A model generated the notes under the pieces. The model searched no databases. It saw only the letters and a list, made by a program, of their open reading frames with translations, and had not been told where the DNA came from. A program made the position numbers and the translations under genes. 64,000 nucleotides of DNA from an uncultured Bacteroidota bacterium (GTDB lineage: Bacteria; Bacteroidota; Ignavibacteria; Kryptoniales; JAKASW01), in assembly GCA_963806435.1 (NCBI GenBank), contig CAWEBD010000113.1:3520-67519 (forward strand). Direction: 5' to 3'. Shown here in pieces: positions 53,645 through 64,000 of this stretch; the first letter of the stretch is position 1; the number at the start of each line of letters is the position of its first letter.

Positions 53645-54424
53645 TTACTTGCTGCCGTCGTAGCCGATTAGTTTGGAAATATCGGCTCCTATCTTAATGA
53701 GGCCTTCAATAAGAGACTTGACTTGTTTCTTGTTACTCCTGGCGACATCGGGATGAATGGCTGTCATCAAGGAACCGACAATTCTACCGTGATGGTCTCT
53801 GATGCCTACCGCAAGGGCAAAAAGGTCTGTCTTGTAATCACCGTTGGCAACCGCATAGCCCAGTTTGCGCACTTCGGCCAGCTTTTCGACCAACGCGCGT
53901 TTGGTCGTGATAGTTTTCGACGTGAATTTCGTGAGGCCCTTTCTGCGAACAATCTCGTCCAACTGTGCCCCCGAAAACTCGGCTATGATGGCTAGCCCGC
54001 TCGCGGTACAGTGTACCGGAGAGCGCAGGCCAAGTCTCGTTACTATTCGCCAGATGTCGGGCGTATCGGCCCGATCGACCAGTATTACCTCGTAGTCGTC
54101 AAGGATTGCAAGATAGAAGCTGTGGCCTGTCTCAGCCGCTAATCTGACAAGATATGGGTGGACCAGACTCTTAAGGTCCACTCTGTCAAGGACCGCGCTT
54201 CCCCATTCAACGAGCTTCATACCAAGGCTAAAGGTCTGCCTCTCGGGATCTTCAACGACGAGCTGGTGATGAAGAAGCGTCGTGATGATGCGGAACAATG
54301 AGCTTTTAGGAATGCCGGTCTCGACAGTAAGCTGCGCGAGAGAGGCGCCCCTCTGGTGTTTAATCAGCGCTTGCAACACCTGAACAGTCCTATCGACTGC
54401 AGGTACGGTGTAATTGGGCGACAT
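53645..54424 (-). CDS. IclR-family transcriptional regulator
   Basis: An N-terminal winged HTH (AVDRTVQVLQALIKHQRGASLAQLTVETGIPKSSLFRIITTL) plus a C-terminal IclR effector domain. Confidence 0.85.
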   Translation of the reverse strand: MSPNYTVPAVDRTVQVLQALIKHQRGASLAQLTVETGIPKSSLFRIITTLLHHQLVVEDPERQTFSLGMKLVEWGSAVLDRVDLKSLVHPYLVRLAAETGHSFYLAILDDYEVILVDRADTPDIWRIVTRLGLRSPVHCTASGLAIIAEFSGAQLDEIVRRKGLTKFTSKTITTKRALVEKLAEVRKLGYAVANGDYKTDLFALAVGIRDHHGRIVGSLMTAIHPDVARSNKKQVKSLIEGLIKIGADISKLIGYDGSK

Positions 54425-54531
54425 TATTTATTCACCTTCCTTCGGAAATAGTACCTTCCAAGATATCAACGACCTACAAAGCAATTCCCTGCTTGGACGC
54501 GGTAGGTATTCCTGCGCGTCATAAGCATCGG

Positions 54532-55734
54532 TTATTTTTCTTCAAGATCATCTATCTTAATACCCTTGGGGCGCGCCGTCTTCAGCACGGTCTCAGGGTA
54601 AGATACCACTCTGTTGTAATGCTCCTGGTCACCCTTAGTCAGCTCTTCAACCCATCGCTTTCCAATCTGGACATGCGTGACTTCATCCATCAAAATGAAC
54701 TCTATCAGCCTCGCGGATTCTTCGTCTCCGGTTGCGCGAGCTGTTTCGATCCAATTACTCATGTGCTTGCACGCCTCGCTCTCAAAAGTCATGTTCGAAA
54801 TTGCGAGTCGCTCGAGTGGATCCGGACGGTTTACATCTACCTCCCACCCCCAGTAATTTACTGGATACTGACCGGTGTTTCCACCGAATTCTTTCAATCT
54901 GCGTATTTGTGCCTCCGCGTGGCGCGATTCATCCCACGCCTGCTTGGCGAGTTGTGTCTTCATTTCCCATGGAAGATCTGGAAACTCGGCGAGCATTCTG
55001 CCGAGCCTTTCAATGCTGCAGAGCTCGCCATCGATCAGGTCATGAAGTAACCTTCTCTTCCCCTCGATGTTGTCAAAGCTGTTATTCTTCTCTGAATATG
55101 AATCGGCGTCTTCGACAATCTTCCAACTCGCCGGCCTGACCGGATGCTTGCTGTAGGGAAAAGACTTTTTGAACGGCGTCCCCGGATCATCCGACGCCAT
55201 GAAGCCTCCCGATGCTGCAAGCTTTGCCTTGAGCGCCTGCTTCGTGTTTTCATCCAGTATCCTGCCGTGCGGATCAAGCTCCGCAATTGCGCTATTGGCC
55301 CAGCTGATTCGTGCGTAGTCGTCGCTTACAATTCTCCTCAATATCTCCTCCGACGCCTTATCCTCCGGTACCGACGTGCGATCAAGCTGTTCCCGGATAA
55401 CATCAACAACCAATGACCGAATAAGGACATCGACAGTATACAGTTTGACGACTGTCTGATCAGCAGAACGCCAGATGTCCTCCAGGTAAGAGATGAACTT
55501 CTTGTTAGGGTAAGCCACCTGTCGATTGTCGGTCCTGGCACCGAGATAGGTGAGCCTCTGTTTGAGCAGATCGGAGTGAACGGCATCCGAATGCAGCTGC
55601 CTTCCGGATTGTATCTTAATTTCGACTTCAGGCAGCGATTGGACCCATCCTCCCATAATTTCTAAAATCTGATTCTTTATGAATCGATAGTGTTTAAACC
55701 TATCGATTACCTCCTCCTTCGATAAGTACTTCAT
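54532..55734 (-). CDS. ferritin-like (DUF455-type) domain protein, tentative
   Basis: 400 aa. The pairs DESRHAEAQ and EACKHM/DEVTHVQ suggest a di-iron four-helix bundle. Confidence 0.45.
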   Translation of the reverse strand: MKYLSKEEVIDRFKHYRFIKNQILEIMGGWVQSLPEVEIKIQSGRQLHSDAVHSDLLKQRLTYLGARTDNRQVAYPNKKFISYLEDIWRSADQTVVKLYTVDVLIRSLVVDVIREQLDRTSVPEDKASEEILRRIVSDDYARISWANSAIAELDPHGRILDENTKQALKAKLAASGGFMASDDPGTPFKKSFPYSKHPVRPASWKIVEDADSYSEKNNSFDNIEGKRRLLHDLIDGELCSIERLGRMLAEFPDLPWEMKTQLAKQAWDESRHAEAQIRRLKEFGGNTGQYPVNYWGWEVDVNRPDPLERLAISNMTFESEACKHMSNWIETARATGDEESARLIEFILMDEVTHVQIGKRWVEELTKGDQEHYNRVVSYPETVLKTARPKGIKIDDLEEK

Positions 55735-55745
55735 AATCTCCTCCT

Positions 55746-58442
55746 CTAGATGTTAATTTTCAGCGTTACGATGGAATGCGCGCCGGCGTTGAACTGCATC
55801 CCATGATTCTCCTCCTTCAAACGTGACGTCTCTTCCTCCTCAAGATTCGCCACACTCACGGACTTAAATGGAACACTAGTAGTTAGCTCCCCGCGTTGAG
55901 GAATGCTGCCTATGTTGCAACATCGAAATATCAGGCCATTACCATCCTCAGATTCCTTCAAAGCGCTGAATGCGAGTCCCTTCCCTCCGAGCTCGAAGAA
56001 AGAAGCTTTTCGTTGAACGTCAACATCATGTTTCCTGCTGACATTCATTACAGGACTATTGTATTCTTCGGCCAGACGATTTATCTCGTCGAAGTCCTGA
56101 GTCGGCCGGTGGACCAGGATGCTGTACTCAAATGTCTGCGGCCCCAGGCACTGCGCGCCGGGTGTCTCGTTTTTCCATCCGGCATCCCCGCCGGGACGCG
56201 TCTTCAGGTTCGAGCTGGAAAGGTTTCCGACTGACCTCAGCAGCGTCAAAGCCAGAGTTCCCAGTTCGTCAAGTTGCAGCTCATATTCCGGCAGTCCCTT
56301 TGTGAAGACCGTGACGGCCCGGCCGCCTTCCTGAACTGTGACAAACCTTTGAAGTATTTCCAGATTTTGCGGAAGCTCGTACGGAAAACCAGTCATGTCG
56401 TACTTCCGATGTTTGCGTTTCACGACGCAGAACTGGGAATCCGCGTAGGATATGTCGGTTTGGATTCCGCTCTTGAAAACGGCTCTCAAGCGGTGATCGC
56501 GTGCGTTGTTGACGACCCGGGTCTTTACGTCAACCCTTCTTGAATCACAGGCCAGATAAACCGTGGTTTTCAAATCGAAATCGACCAAATCTCCGCTCCG
56601 CTCGCGAGTATCTTTGTTGATCCCGGCCGGCAACTTCATCGGTATGGTTATCTCAATCGCACCACGAAGCGGCCCGCGCTCCACTACGCGGACGGTGGGC
56701 CTGGAATTCACCGAATCGACGACCACACTTTTATCGGGAGGACAGTAGGTATACTCATCTCCGATGTCACCGGAGTCTTCGAACCTGTTCAAACCGCCGT
56801 AAACTTCGCCGGTAGCTTTGTCGGTGATCGGAATCGTTCCATCAGCGCCGGCCTTGACGATCACGAAATCATTTTCCATGAAATTGTCGCCAACCTTAAG
56901 ACCGGTTTCAAAATGTCCTGTTGATTCCGCCCTCTCTATAGAGTACCCTTTGTAGCCAAGCGCCGGAAGATCATCCGCCAATACCAGGAGCTTCCATTTG
57001 TCGACTTTTGTCTGATGGGGATAAGAGTACTTGGCATAAGTTATACCAAAATCGTCCGTACGATCGACCAACTGGAACGGCATCTCCCGGCCGTCCGGAC
57101 CCACCAACCTGAGCCCTTTGGTGCGAGGAGCATCGGGATAGATTTTGACATCGGGGTTTACTCCAATGATGACGTCCTTTATGAAGAACTCGACGTCGGA
57201 CTCTACAACCCCGCTTCTTTTGTAAGGAAGGAGGTTGAACAGGAACAAATGCTTGTCGTCTTTATACTGCGCTCCGTCGTAAGGTATAAGGTCATTCACG
57301 ATTTGTATCGACGTCCTCCTGGCAATCTCTTGGACTTTGGCATACCGCACCATGGTCTCCTCGTAGACGCTGTCGATGCTCGATCCGCAGATAACGTCGT
57401 GATCCTGCGATTGAAGGACGTATTTCCAGGCGTGTTTTATCAGCCCCGATCTGCTTCTCTTTCCCGATGCGACCGCGATCGCGTTCAACGGTTCCAGCAG
57501 ATGCTCCAGCTTGTTCTGGCAATCGTAGTTAGCCTGCTTGACGTACATTCGGCTCGATGCGGTTCCACCGATAACGGCGAAAGCATGCCTGATCCCGAAT
57601 CTCATCTCTCCTTCCACAACCGGCAGCGTATCCATTTTGACTTCCGCCTTCAGCCTCGACATGTAGTCCCCAAGGTTTGTGAGGCGGACATTAACACCGA
57701 GTTTTTCGGAAATCATCTTTGCAGCTTTTGTGACATTCGGATCCGACCAGTGGTGATCGCCGCCGTTCAACACAAGTCTCTGCGAGGTTTGCGCTCTTGG
57801 ATCAATCTCCTCTCTCAAACGCTGGAACCTACCAGGGATATCGTCGTCCTTGTCCGAACCAAAATACCCGAAGCTGTAGCCGTCTTTCGGCAGATGCTCC
57901 ATCAAAACCGTTGTCCCGTCGGGGGACCGCCAACGGTACTCGGATGATTCCTGACCGGGTTCACCTCCGAAACCGCGGTAGACAACAGCGAAGTCAATAT
58001 TGAACCCTTTCATAATCTGCGGCATTTGCGCGATGTGACCGAACTGATCGGGGACGTATCCCACCATCATCGGCTCTCCAAGTTCCCGCGCGAATGCGAG
58101 GCCGTAAAGTAAGTTTCTAATATGTGATTCCCCACTCGGAAGGAACTGATCGACTAGAACATACCACGGACCGATGATAAACTTCTTTCTCCTTATATTC
58201 TCCTTGAATCGATCGAGCATTTCCGGCCTTACCTCGAGGTAGTCCAGAACCATCGCCATCTGCCCGTCGAAGAGGAACGAGTTGAATGCGGGATCCTTAT
58301 CAATTCTGTCAAATAATTCGTCCACCATATCCACCAACCACGTCCGGTATTCCTCAAAACCGAGGTACCATTCCCTGTCCCAGTGGGCATGTGTAACGAT
58401 ATTGTATGTTGGCTCAGAGCTCATAGAATTCTTTTCTTTCAT
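55746..58442 (-). CDS. glycoside hydrolase family 38 (alpha-mannosidase / mannosylglycerate hydrolase-like)
   Basis: N-terminal THAHWDREWY, plus GPWYVLVDQFLPSGES and GGDH. 898 aa. Confidence 0.8.
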   Translation of the reverse strand: MKEKNSMSSEPTYNIVTHAHWDREWYLGFEEYRTWLVDMVDELFDRIDKDPAFNSFLFDGQMAMVLDYLEVRPEMLDRFKENIRRKKFIIGPWYVLVDQFLPSGESHIRNLLYGLAFARELGEPMMVGYVPDQFGHIAQMPQIMKGFNIDFAVVYRGFGGEPGQESSEYRWRSPDGTTVLMEHLPKDGYSFGYFGSDKDDDIPGRFQRLREEIDPRAQTSQRLVLNGGDHHWSDPNVTKAAKMISEKLGVNVRLTNLGDYMSRLKAEVKMDTLPVVEGEMRFGIRHAFAVIGGTASSRMYVKQANYDCQNKLEHLLEPLNAIAVASGKRSRSGLIKHAWKYVLQSQDHDVICGSSIDSVYEETMVRYAKVQEIARRTSIQIVNDLIPYDGAQYKDDKHLFLFNLLPYKRSGVVESDVEFFIKDVIIGVNPDVKIYPDAPRTKGLRLVGPDGREMPFQLVDRTDDFGITYAKYSYPHQTKVDKWKLLVLADDLPALGYKGYSIERAESTGHFETGLKVGDNFMENDFVIVKAGADGTIPITDKATGEVYGGLNRFEDSGDIGDEYTYCPPDKSVVVDSVNSRPTVRVVERGPLRGAIEITIPMKLPAGINKDTRERSGDLVDFDLKTTVYLACDSRRVDVKTRVVNNARDHRLRAVFKSGIQTDISYADSQFCVVKRKHRKYDMTGFPYELPQNLEILQRFVTVQEGGRAVTVFTKGLPEYELQLDELGTLALTLLRSVGNLSSSNLKTRPGGDAGWKNETPGAQCLGPQTFEYSILVHRPTQDFDEINRLAEEYNSPVMNVSRKHDVDVQRKASFFELGGKGLAFSALKESEDGNGLIFRCCNIGSIPQRGELTTSVPFKSVSVANLEEEETSRLKEENHGMQFNAGAHSIVTLKINI

Positions 58443-58484
58443 ATGTTCATGTTTCGAATGCGGTTATAGATAATGCTGTTTTAC

Positions 58485-60086
58485 TCACGAAGGCAATCGG
58501 GTACCGCTCAGGATCCCTTCCATATTCTTCCCAAGTATCCTGACCTTATCGTTCTCGGAAATCCTGGAGTATGCAACCCAGCCGAGCTGGGGTGAGGCAT
58601 CACGCATTGGCTGGTCGGTACCGAAGAGGATTTTCTCCCCACCCACCTTCTCCGTCATGAACTCTATGACTCCGTCGGTCACATCCGTGAATGTCAGTTC
58701 AAGGTAGACGTTCTCATGCATCTTCGCCAATTCACTGACCTCCGAAGCATGCTTAAAGTTCATGCCCGAGTGGGCAAGGAGCAATCTTAAGTTCGGGTAT
58801 CTCACGGCAATTTCCTCCGCTTCCGAAACAAAATGGTCAGACGGGTGAAGGAGAACGAACAATTTGTGACGGTCTCCAAACGAAAAAAGTGGATGCCATT
58901 TCTGACTATTGTAGGGTATTTCATTTCGAGGGTAATACGGCTTGATTCCCAGGAACCGCCTCTTAAGATACCAGTGGTTTAACAACTGCTCCCAATCCTT
59001 AACAAAAGTCGGATCGAAGGCACCGTATCCGACGAAGTGGTCCGGGTACCTGGTCATCGCGTCAAATGTCGCTTCATTTCCCCTGTCATGGTCGAGCCAC
59101 AGCCCAAGCCATTCACTGACACATGTCTTGCGAATACCCAGCCTCCCGTCACCCTTCACCATGTCGTCCGCCCCGGAGAAGAGAATCGGCGAATATGCCA
59201 CGTGTTCTCCCTCGGGCACAATATGCGCATGGGCATCGATAACATTGAATTCGCTGAGCGGCTTGCCTGACTTTACAGCGACCAGGATTCTGTCGCCTTT
59301 CTCGTTGTCCACTTCGCTATCGGGAATGGGGACTTTGAGGAGCTCTGCAAGATTGACACCGGCTATTAGCCGTCTTTCGTCTTCTTTGATGTCCGCGTAA
59401 TCAAGGAACATGCGTGCGGCGCCGATACTCATTACAGGAAACTGGGTTCCGAAGATCAGGCGTTTCGCTCCGAAATGATGGACGAAGAATTCGAACCCCC
59501 TATTCACCTGCTGAGAAGAGAACTCAAGCATTATGTTCGCGTGCTTCTTCATCAGGAAGAATACTTCCCGCATTCCGTCCCATCTTGAACCCTGCAGGAC
59601 TATCCTGAGTTTCGGGTGGGCAGAGCACACTCTGTCCAAATCCTCTATCGATGCCTGGTTGAAGCTCGGGACAAAACGTCGACCTCCCTCGATGAAAAGG
59701 GGGATCTCCCGGCGTTCCAGGTTATCGAAGATCTTCCCGCATGTAAAATCGTCGAACCCGTACATTTGGGTTTTCGGATATAACCTGACGGCCCTTATGT
59801 CGTGTTTGTCCAGGTATTTCTCAACCGGGGGGAATTCACCGAGATCGTCCGGCCTCATGACGAAGCACGGCACGAAGTTCTTCCTCCCGCCGATCTCCTT
59901 CAGCAGTAATTCATTCCCCACCACGGGGTCATATTCTCGCGACAGGGTATGCGTCAGCAGCGCGCCATGGATTCCACAACGCCGCATTTCGGAGGCTATA
60001 TCGTCAACGCTGTGGATGTAGTTCTGCAATTCGCCCATTCTTTTACCGGCGAATGCGAAACTGTCGAAATAACGTATCCCGCTCAT
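58485..60086 (-). CDS. amidohydrolase-fold protein (two tandem metal-dependent hydrolase domains)
   Basis: 533 aa. The second half starts VIDAHAHIVPEG, and the first half has similar TIM-barrel hydrolase blocks. Confidence 0.55.
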   Translation of the reverse strand: MSGIRYFDSFAFAGKRMGELQNYIHSVDDIASEMRRCGIHGALLTHTLSREYDPVVGNELLLKEIGGRKNFVPCFVMRPDDLGEFPPVEKYLDKHDIRAVRLYPKTQMYGFDDFTCGKIFDNLERREIPLFIEGGRRFVPSFNQASIEDLDRVCSAHPKLRIVLQGSRWDGMREVFFLMKKHANIMLEFSSQQVNRGFEFFVHHFGAKRLIFGTQFPVMSIGAARMFLDYADIKEDERRLIAGVNLAELLKVPIPDSEVDNEKGDRILVAVKSGKPLSEFNVIDAHAHIVPEGEHVAYSPILFSGADDMVKGDGRLGIRKTCVSEWLGLWLDHDRGNEATFDAMTRYPDHFVGYGAFDPTFVKDWEQLLNHWYLKRRFLGIKPYYPRNEIPYNSQKWHPLFSFGDRHKLFVLLHPSDHFVSEAEEIAVRYPNLRLLLAHSGMNFKHASEVSELAKMHENVYLELTFTDVTDGVIEFMTEKVGGEKILFGTDQPMRDASPQLGWVAYSRISENDKVRILGKNMEGILSGTRLPS

Positions 60087-60096
60087 AGTATCGGCT

Positions 60097-61302
60097 TCAA
60101 TTTTTCAGACACCTTTTCAAAGCTCGCTCGAACTTCCCGAGCGTCTCATCTATATCGGCTTCCTTGTGCGAGAAAGAAATGAACCACCTGTCATAAACAA
60201 ACACGTGTTCCTTGAGGAGTTCCCTGTTGAGCTCAACCTGGAGCTTCCTGTTCTTCTGACTATCAGGATAATTGAAAAGGCAATAGGACGCGACCGGGAA
60301 TCCGCCGACTTTGACTTCAACCCCCACGCGTTTTGCTATCTCTGAGAACCCGGCCATCAGGCGCTTCCCCATCCTGTGGATGTGCTCGTGTACCTTATTC
60401 TCTTCCATAACCTTCAGGGTGGCAATTGCCGCTGCGATCGAAAGAGTCTCCCCTGCATAAGTTGCCGTCAGGACAAAATCGTTCAGCTTCCCCATCAACT
60501 CCCGCTTTCCTCCATACGCTGACAGCGGGAAGCCATTTGCGATTGCCTTCGCAAAGGACGTAAGGTCGGGCCGGACACCGAAATATTCCTGCGCACCGCC
60601 GATCGAAAGCCGGAACCCTGTCAGGACTTCATCGAAAATGAGTATCATTCCATATTCATCGGCAAGCCTTCTCACCGCCCTGGGATAGTCTCCGGATATG
60701 TCCTCATTGAAATCGTATGGCGCGCAGAGTATGCAGCTGATATTAGACGCGTCTCGCTTCAGTATCTTTTCCAATCCCTCGACGTCGCCATATCTGACTT
60801 CGTAAACATAGTCGGCGAGGAACTTTGGAACACCGTTTCCCTCAATTCCTGTGGAGAACCAATCGTGATACCCGTTGTATCCGCATCGGATTATCTTATC
60901 CTTTCCGGTGTAAGCTCTCGCTATGCGCACGTTGCTCGCGTTCGCATCTACGCCGTTCTTTCCATATCGGACCATTTCCACCGAGGGTACTATACGGCAG
61001 ATGGTTTCGGCCAGCTCGATCTCCACGGGGCTCGCCATGCTGAATAGAACGCCCTTCTCCAGCTGTGCTCTCACTGCTTCGTCAACCGCCGGATATCCGT
61101 AACCCAGGATCACCGGGCCGAGCGCAAGGCGGTAATCGATGTATTCGTCTCCGTCAACGTCGCGGAACCGGCATCCCTTCGCGCTCTCAATGAAGAACGG
61201 CATCTCACCGGCATAATCGAGGATAGGCCTCTTGGCGTTGGTTTGGGTTCCCCAGGGAATATGCCTGAGAGCCCGATTTAGCAAATCTTCAGACACTGTC
61301 AC
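60097..61302 (-). CDS. class-III aminotransferase (glutamate-1-semialdehyde aminomutase-like)
   Basis: Contains DVDGDEYIDY, FDEVLTGFR and SFAKAIANGFP (PLP-lysine region). Confidence 0.75.
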   Translation of the reverse strand: MTVSEDLLNRALRHIPWGTQTNAKRPILDYAGEMPFFIESAKGCRFRDVDGDEYIDYRLALGPVILGYGYPAVDEAVRAQLEKGVLFSMASPVEIELAETICRIVPSVEMVRYGKNGVDANASNVRIARAYTGKDKIIRCGYNGYHDWFSTGIEGNGVPKFLADYVYEVRYGDVEGLEKILKRDASNISCILCAPYDFNEDISGDYPRAVRRLADEYGMILIFDEVLTGFRLSIGGAQEYFGVRPDLTSFAKAIANGFPLSAYGGKRELMGKLNDFVLTATYAGETLSIAAAIATLKVMEENKVHEHIHRMGKRLMAGFSEIAKRVGVEVKVGGFPVASYCLFNYPDSQKNRKLQVELNRELLKEHVFVYDRWFISFSHKEADIDETLGKFERALKRCLKN

Positions 61303-61333
61303 TGCGATTATTCTCCTCCCTCTTGATTTACAA

Positions 61334-62341
61334 TTAATGGATCATAACCGACCAAACCTGAGCTCCATCCAGGAAAAGGTACTTCCAGGTCTTCCCGCCG
61401 TCCACGCTCTTAAACACGCCGCCGGGTATCGTGGCAACATAAATATCCTGCGGATTTTCAGGATCGACTGCTATTCCATGAAGCGTTTTTTCTGTAAGGC
61501 CTGATGAGAATGTCTGCCATGTTTTGCCGCCGTCGGTCGATTTCATGAAGCCCGTATCGTAACCGCCAGCATACATGACATTCTCATCGTGTGGGTCGAA
61601 CCCAACCGTGTAGATCGCAAGCGTATCGATACCGCCTCCCGCCTGGCTCCAGGTCTTTCCGCCATCACGTGAGGTGAAGATACCGGCATTTTCAGTCCCG
61701 GCAATCATCAACTTGGGGTTTGTTGAGTTCGTCGCGAGGTCGCGTAAGCCCTTCCCTTTGAGGGCAAAAAGTTTCCACGACTCCGCGCCATTCGTGCTCA
61801 TATATATACCGTTCTCGGTTCCGATCAGGATTCTGTCCGGGTTCGCCTTGTCTATGATGATAGGCCCGATGAACGTGGAGGACGTAGTCCCGGTTTGTTT
61901 CGGACTGATCCCGTTGTTTTTCTTGCTCCAGGTCCAACCGGCATCGTTAGATTTGAAGACTCCATATGGTGTCGCTATATACAGGATGTTATGATTTCCC
62001 GGGTCGATCACCAGCTGACTAACTTCGGTCTCATGCCAATCAGTCATGATCCGCCATGTTTCGCCGGCATCAGTTGATTTCAGCACGCCGTTGCCTGCCG
62101 CTAAATACATGATCTTTCCGTCCGAACCCGGGTCAATCGTGAGTGAGTAGGCAATGATATTGGTCCACCCAATGTGCTCCCATTTATCACCGCCATCGGT
62201 CGTATAGAAGACCCCGGCTGGTGGATTAAGGCCACCTACAACCATCTTTTGATACAAGTGAACCACTACATATACTCTCTTCTGGCCGGCAAATGTGACC
62301 GCTGCCGAAAGGAGTACGAAGACTAACAATCTTTTAAGCAT
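61334..62341 (-). CDS. secreted BNR-repeat beta-propeller (Ycf48/sortilin-like)
   Basis: A signal peptide and seven SxDxGxxW-type repeats (TDGGDKW, TDAGETW, NDAGWTW, TNGAESW, RDGGKTW, TDGGKTW, VDGGKTW). Confidence 0.7.
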   Translation of the reverse strand: MLKRLLVFVLLSAAVTFAGQKRVYVVVHLYQKMVVGGLNPPAGVFYTTDGGDKWEHIGWTNIIAYSLTIDPGSDGKIMYLAAGNGVLKSTDAGETWRIMTDWHETEVSQLVIDPGNHNILYIATPYGVFKSNDAGWTWSKKNNGISPKQTGTTSSTFIGPIIIDKANPDRILIGTENGIYMSTNGAESWKLFALKGKGLRDLATNSTNPKLMIAGTENAGIFTSRDGGKTWSQAGGGIDTLAIYTVGFDPHDENVMYAGGYDTGFMKSTDGGKTWQTFSSGLTEKTLHGIAVDPENPQDIYVATIPGGVFKSVDGGKTWKYLFLDGAQVWSVMIH

Positions 62342-62370
62342 ATTTACCCTTCGAATCTTAGTGATGAGAT

Positions 62371-64000
62371 TTATTTAACAGTCTGCTGAGTTGCAGTGAA
62401 ATTGTTGAAGTCCAACGTCCGTACGGTATTCCCGTAGGTAATCTTGAGCACACGGCTGTTAACGGCAGAATGGAGATACTTGCTGTCGAACAGCGGATAG
62501 TTTAGGATAATCTTCTTGCCATTCAACTCCCTATCGTTTGAGTAGCGGAAATACAGCCGGTCACCGTTGATCGTGCCGTATTTCACACTGATCTTCTTGC
62601 TGTCGAAAACCACTTTCGTCTTCTTAACCAGTCTCATAAAATTCTCGAAGCTCCCATACTCTGTGGACGATCCCGCCTGCAGCACACAGCCATTGGCGGT
62701 CGAAAAGCTCCTCAGTCTCAGATCTATCGAATGTCTGTCGAGTGTTTCGATGCCGAACGAGCCTTCATCGCCGCCAAGCAACTGGAGAGAGGCGGTGTCT
62801 TTCTCAAGGAAGTATTTCTGGAGCGGATAGTACGCGAAATATGCGCTGTCCATCCTTCCGAAGATCCACCCGCTTTCACTGACGATGAATTGATCCAGGG
62901 TCAGCGGGAAGAAAGCATCGATTTCATGCCACAGCTCCGTAGGATTCAAATCGAGATCGTACAAATCTATGAGCGTGTTGCGATACTGGAATGTCCGCTC
63001 GTGGGGCGAACTCGAGGACCACTTGTCAACGTCGCCGTAGTAGCCGTGTGAATGGGCCACGAAGCCGTAGACTGGCAGGGCCTCCTCGGGAAAGAACAAC
63101 CCCAGCTCCTTCGGCGACCTGTAGGGATTGAGAGCGAAGACCGTGTTGTACGGCCGCCGTGTGGCGAAGGTGATATCCCATACGTGTTCTTGAATAGGCT
63201 GAAGTATTCCGCCCTGCGCGCTGCCCAGACAGTAGTACTTTGTCATGTAGGTGTACTTGTATACCGGCGGCGTTCTCTCGGGGCCATACCTGATGACGAA
63301 CCTTACCCTTTTCCTTTGCCTGGATACATAGGGCTCGGAGCGGTCCGTGGCGATGTCGTGAATGATGGCAGGAAGCCTAAAACTGCTCAACGCCGGAAAG
63401 ATGACCGAAATCGCCTCGCGGATCCTCGGGTTGAACTCGGTGTTGCCGAAGTAGAGGTATCCGAATATTCTCGATTGCGCCATCTGGGGATTTACCGCGA
63501 TGTAAGGATAATCTCTGCTGTGTGCGCCGCAATAGCAGCCGTCAAGATTCTCTATACCGTAGTCCGCGAACATGTACTCCAACATCATCTCCGCCTTCTT
63601 TCGCATGAGAGGATCTTTCGCAAACTGGTAGAGGAGCACCAGCGGATCTACGTACGTGATGAAGTATGTCGGCGAGTTGAATTCGCCCTGACCCAGGGAA
63701 GTAGTCAACGAAATCCAGTGATCGATATAATCCTCGGATTCCTTCAGTGTTTCTTCGGAGCTCTTGCCGTTCGACCAGCGTGGGACGTTCCACTCCTGAG
63801 CGGCAAGATACCATCCTGTGTAATACTGGAGCCAGTGATTTTCTGTGTCGCCGCGGTAAATAGTTGATGTCTCCAGATTGTCTCTAACCTTGTCGCCGAA
63901 ACCCGGTGGGAGGGAGTTCCTGCCGAACAGGTATGTTCCCATGAGTTCATAGATGTAGAACATACTTCCTACCGAGTGTGTCATCAGGGTGTCGAGCGCG
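62371..64000 (-). CDS. hypothetical protein, 5' end probably beyond the window
   Basis: The ORF is open to position 64000 upstream of the first Met at 63984. I recognise no motif with confidence. Confidence 0.6.
   Translation of the reverse strand, partial: ALDTLMTHSVGSMFYIYELMGTYLFGRNSLPPGFGDKVRDNLETSTIYRGDTENHWLQYYTGWYLAAQEWNVPRWSNGKSSEETLKESEDYIDHWISLTTSLGQGEFNSPTYFITYVDPLVLLYQFAKDPLMRKKAEMMLEYMFADYGIENLDGCYCGAHSRDYPYIAVNPQMAQSRIFGYLYFGNTEFNPRIREAISVIFPALSSFRLPAIIHDIATDRSEPYVSRQRKRVRFVIRYGPERTPPVYKYTYMTKYYCLGSAQGGILQPIQEHVWDITFATRRPYNTVFALNPYRSPKELGLFFPEEALPVYGFVAHSHGYYGDVDKWSSSSPHERTFQYRNTLIDLYDLDLNPTELWHEIDAFFPLTLDQFIVSESGWIFGRMDSAYFAYYPLQKYFLEKDTASLQLLGGDEGSFGIETLDRHSIDLRLRSFSTANGCVLQAGSSTEYGSFENFMRLVKKTKVVFDSKKISVKYGTINGDRLYFRYSNDRELNGKKIILNYPLFDSKYLHSAVNSRVLKITYGNTVRTLDFNNFTATQQTVK

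Overview
Bacterial chromosomal window, roughly 50% GC by eye, with almost every gene on the minus strand. Four proteins end in the type IX secretion (T9SS) sorting motif NYPNPFNP...GVYFYRL, so the host is probably an FCB-superphylum-like organism. The exact taxon cannot be determined from this window. The core content is ordinary: comM, glnS, gltX, a sigma54 two-component pair, a SAM-I riboswitch with metY-metX, an S8 protease, adk, rlmN, a ypdA-like reductase, and an IclR-linked GH38/amidohydrolase/aminotransferase sugar cluster (50-64 kb). Two accessory regions stand out. (1) 0.8-18.3 kb: the last ~490 nt of comM occur three times in direct orientation, and three shorter 3' pieces are also present. 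They delimit two tandem islands of about 6.5 and 10.2 kb. Neither island contains an integrase or transposase. Each ends in a conserved double-HTH XRE gene that abuts the displaced comM fragment, and the cargo is exclusively surface or secreted proteins. Sigma70-like promoters containing a G10 tract sit just downstream of two of the comM 3' ends. I read this as a gene-restoring, comM-targeting cassette or island system. (2) 37.9-49.4 kb: an 11.4-kb element integrated in tRNA-Thr(CGU), flanked by 71-bp direct repeats. It carries a tyrosine integrase, a six-ORF translationally coupled replication operon (replisome organizer, DnaB-type helicase, a 770-aa glycine-rich protein) and iteron-like repeats, but no capsid, terminase or conjugation genes. 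Several single-base frame breaks, two of them in gltX, suggest homopolymer indel errors. Tract lengths and pseudogene calls are therefore provisional.
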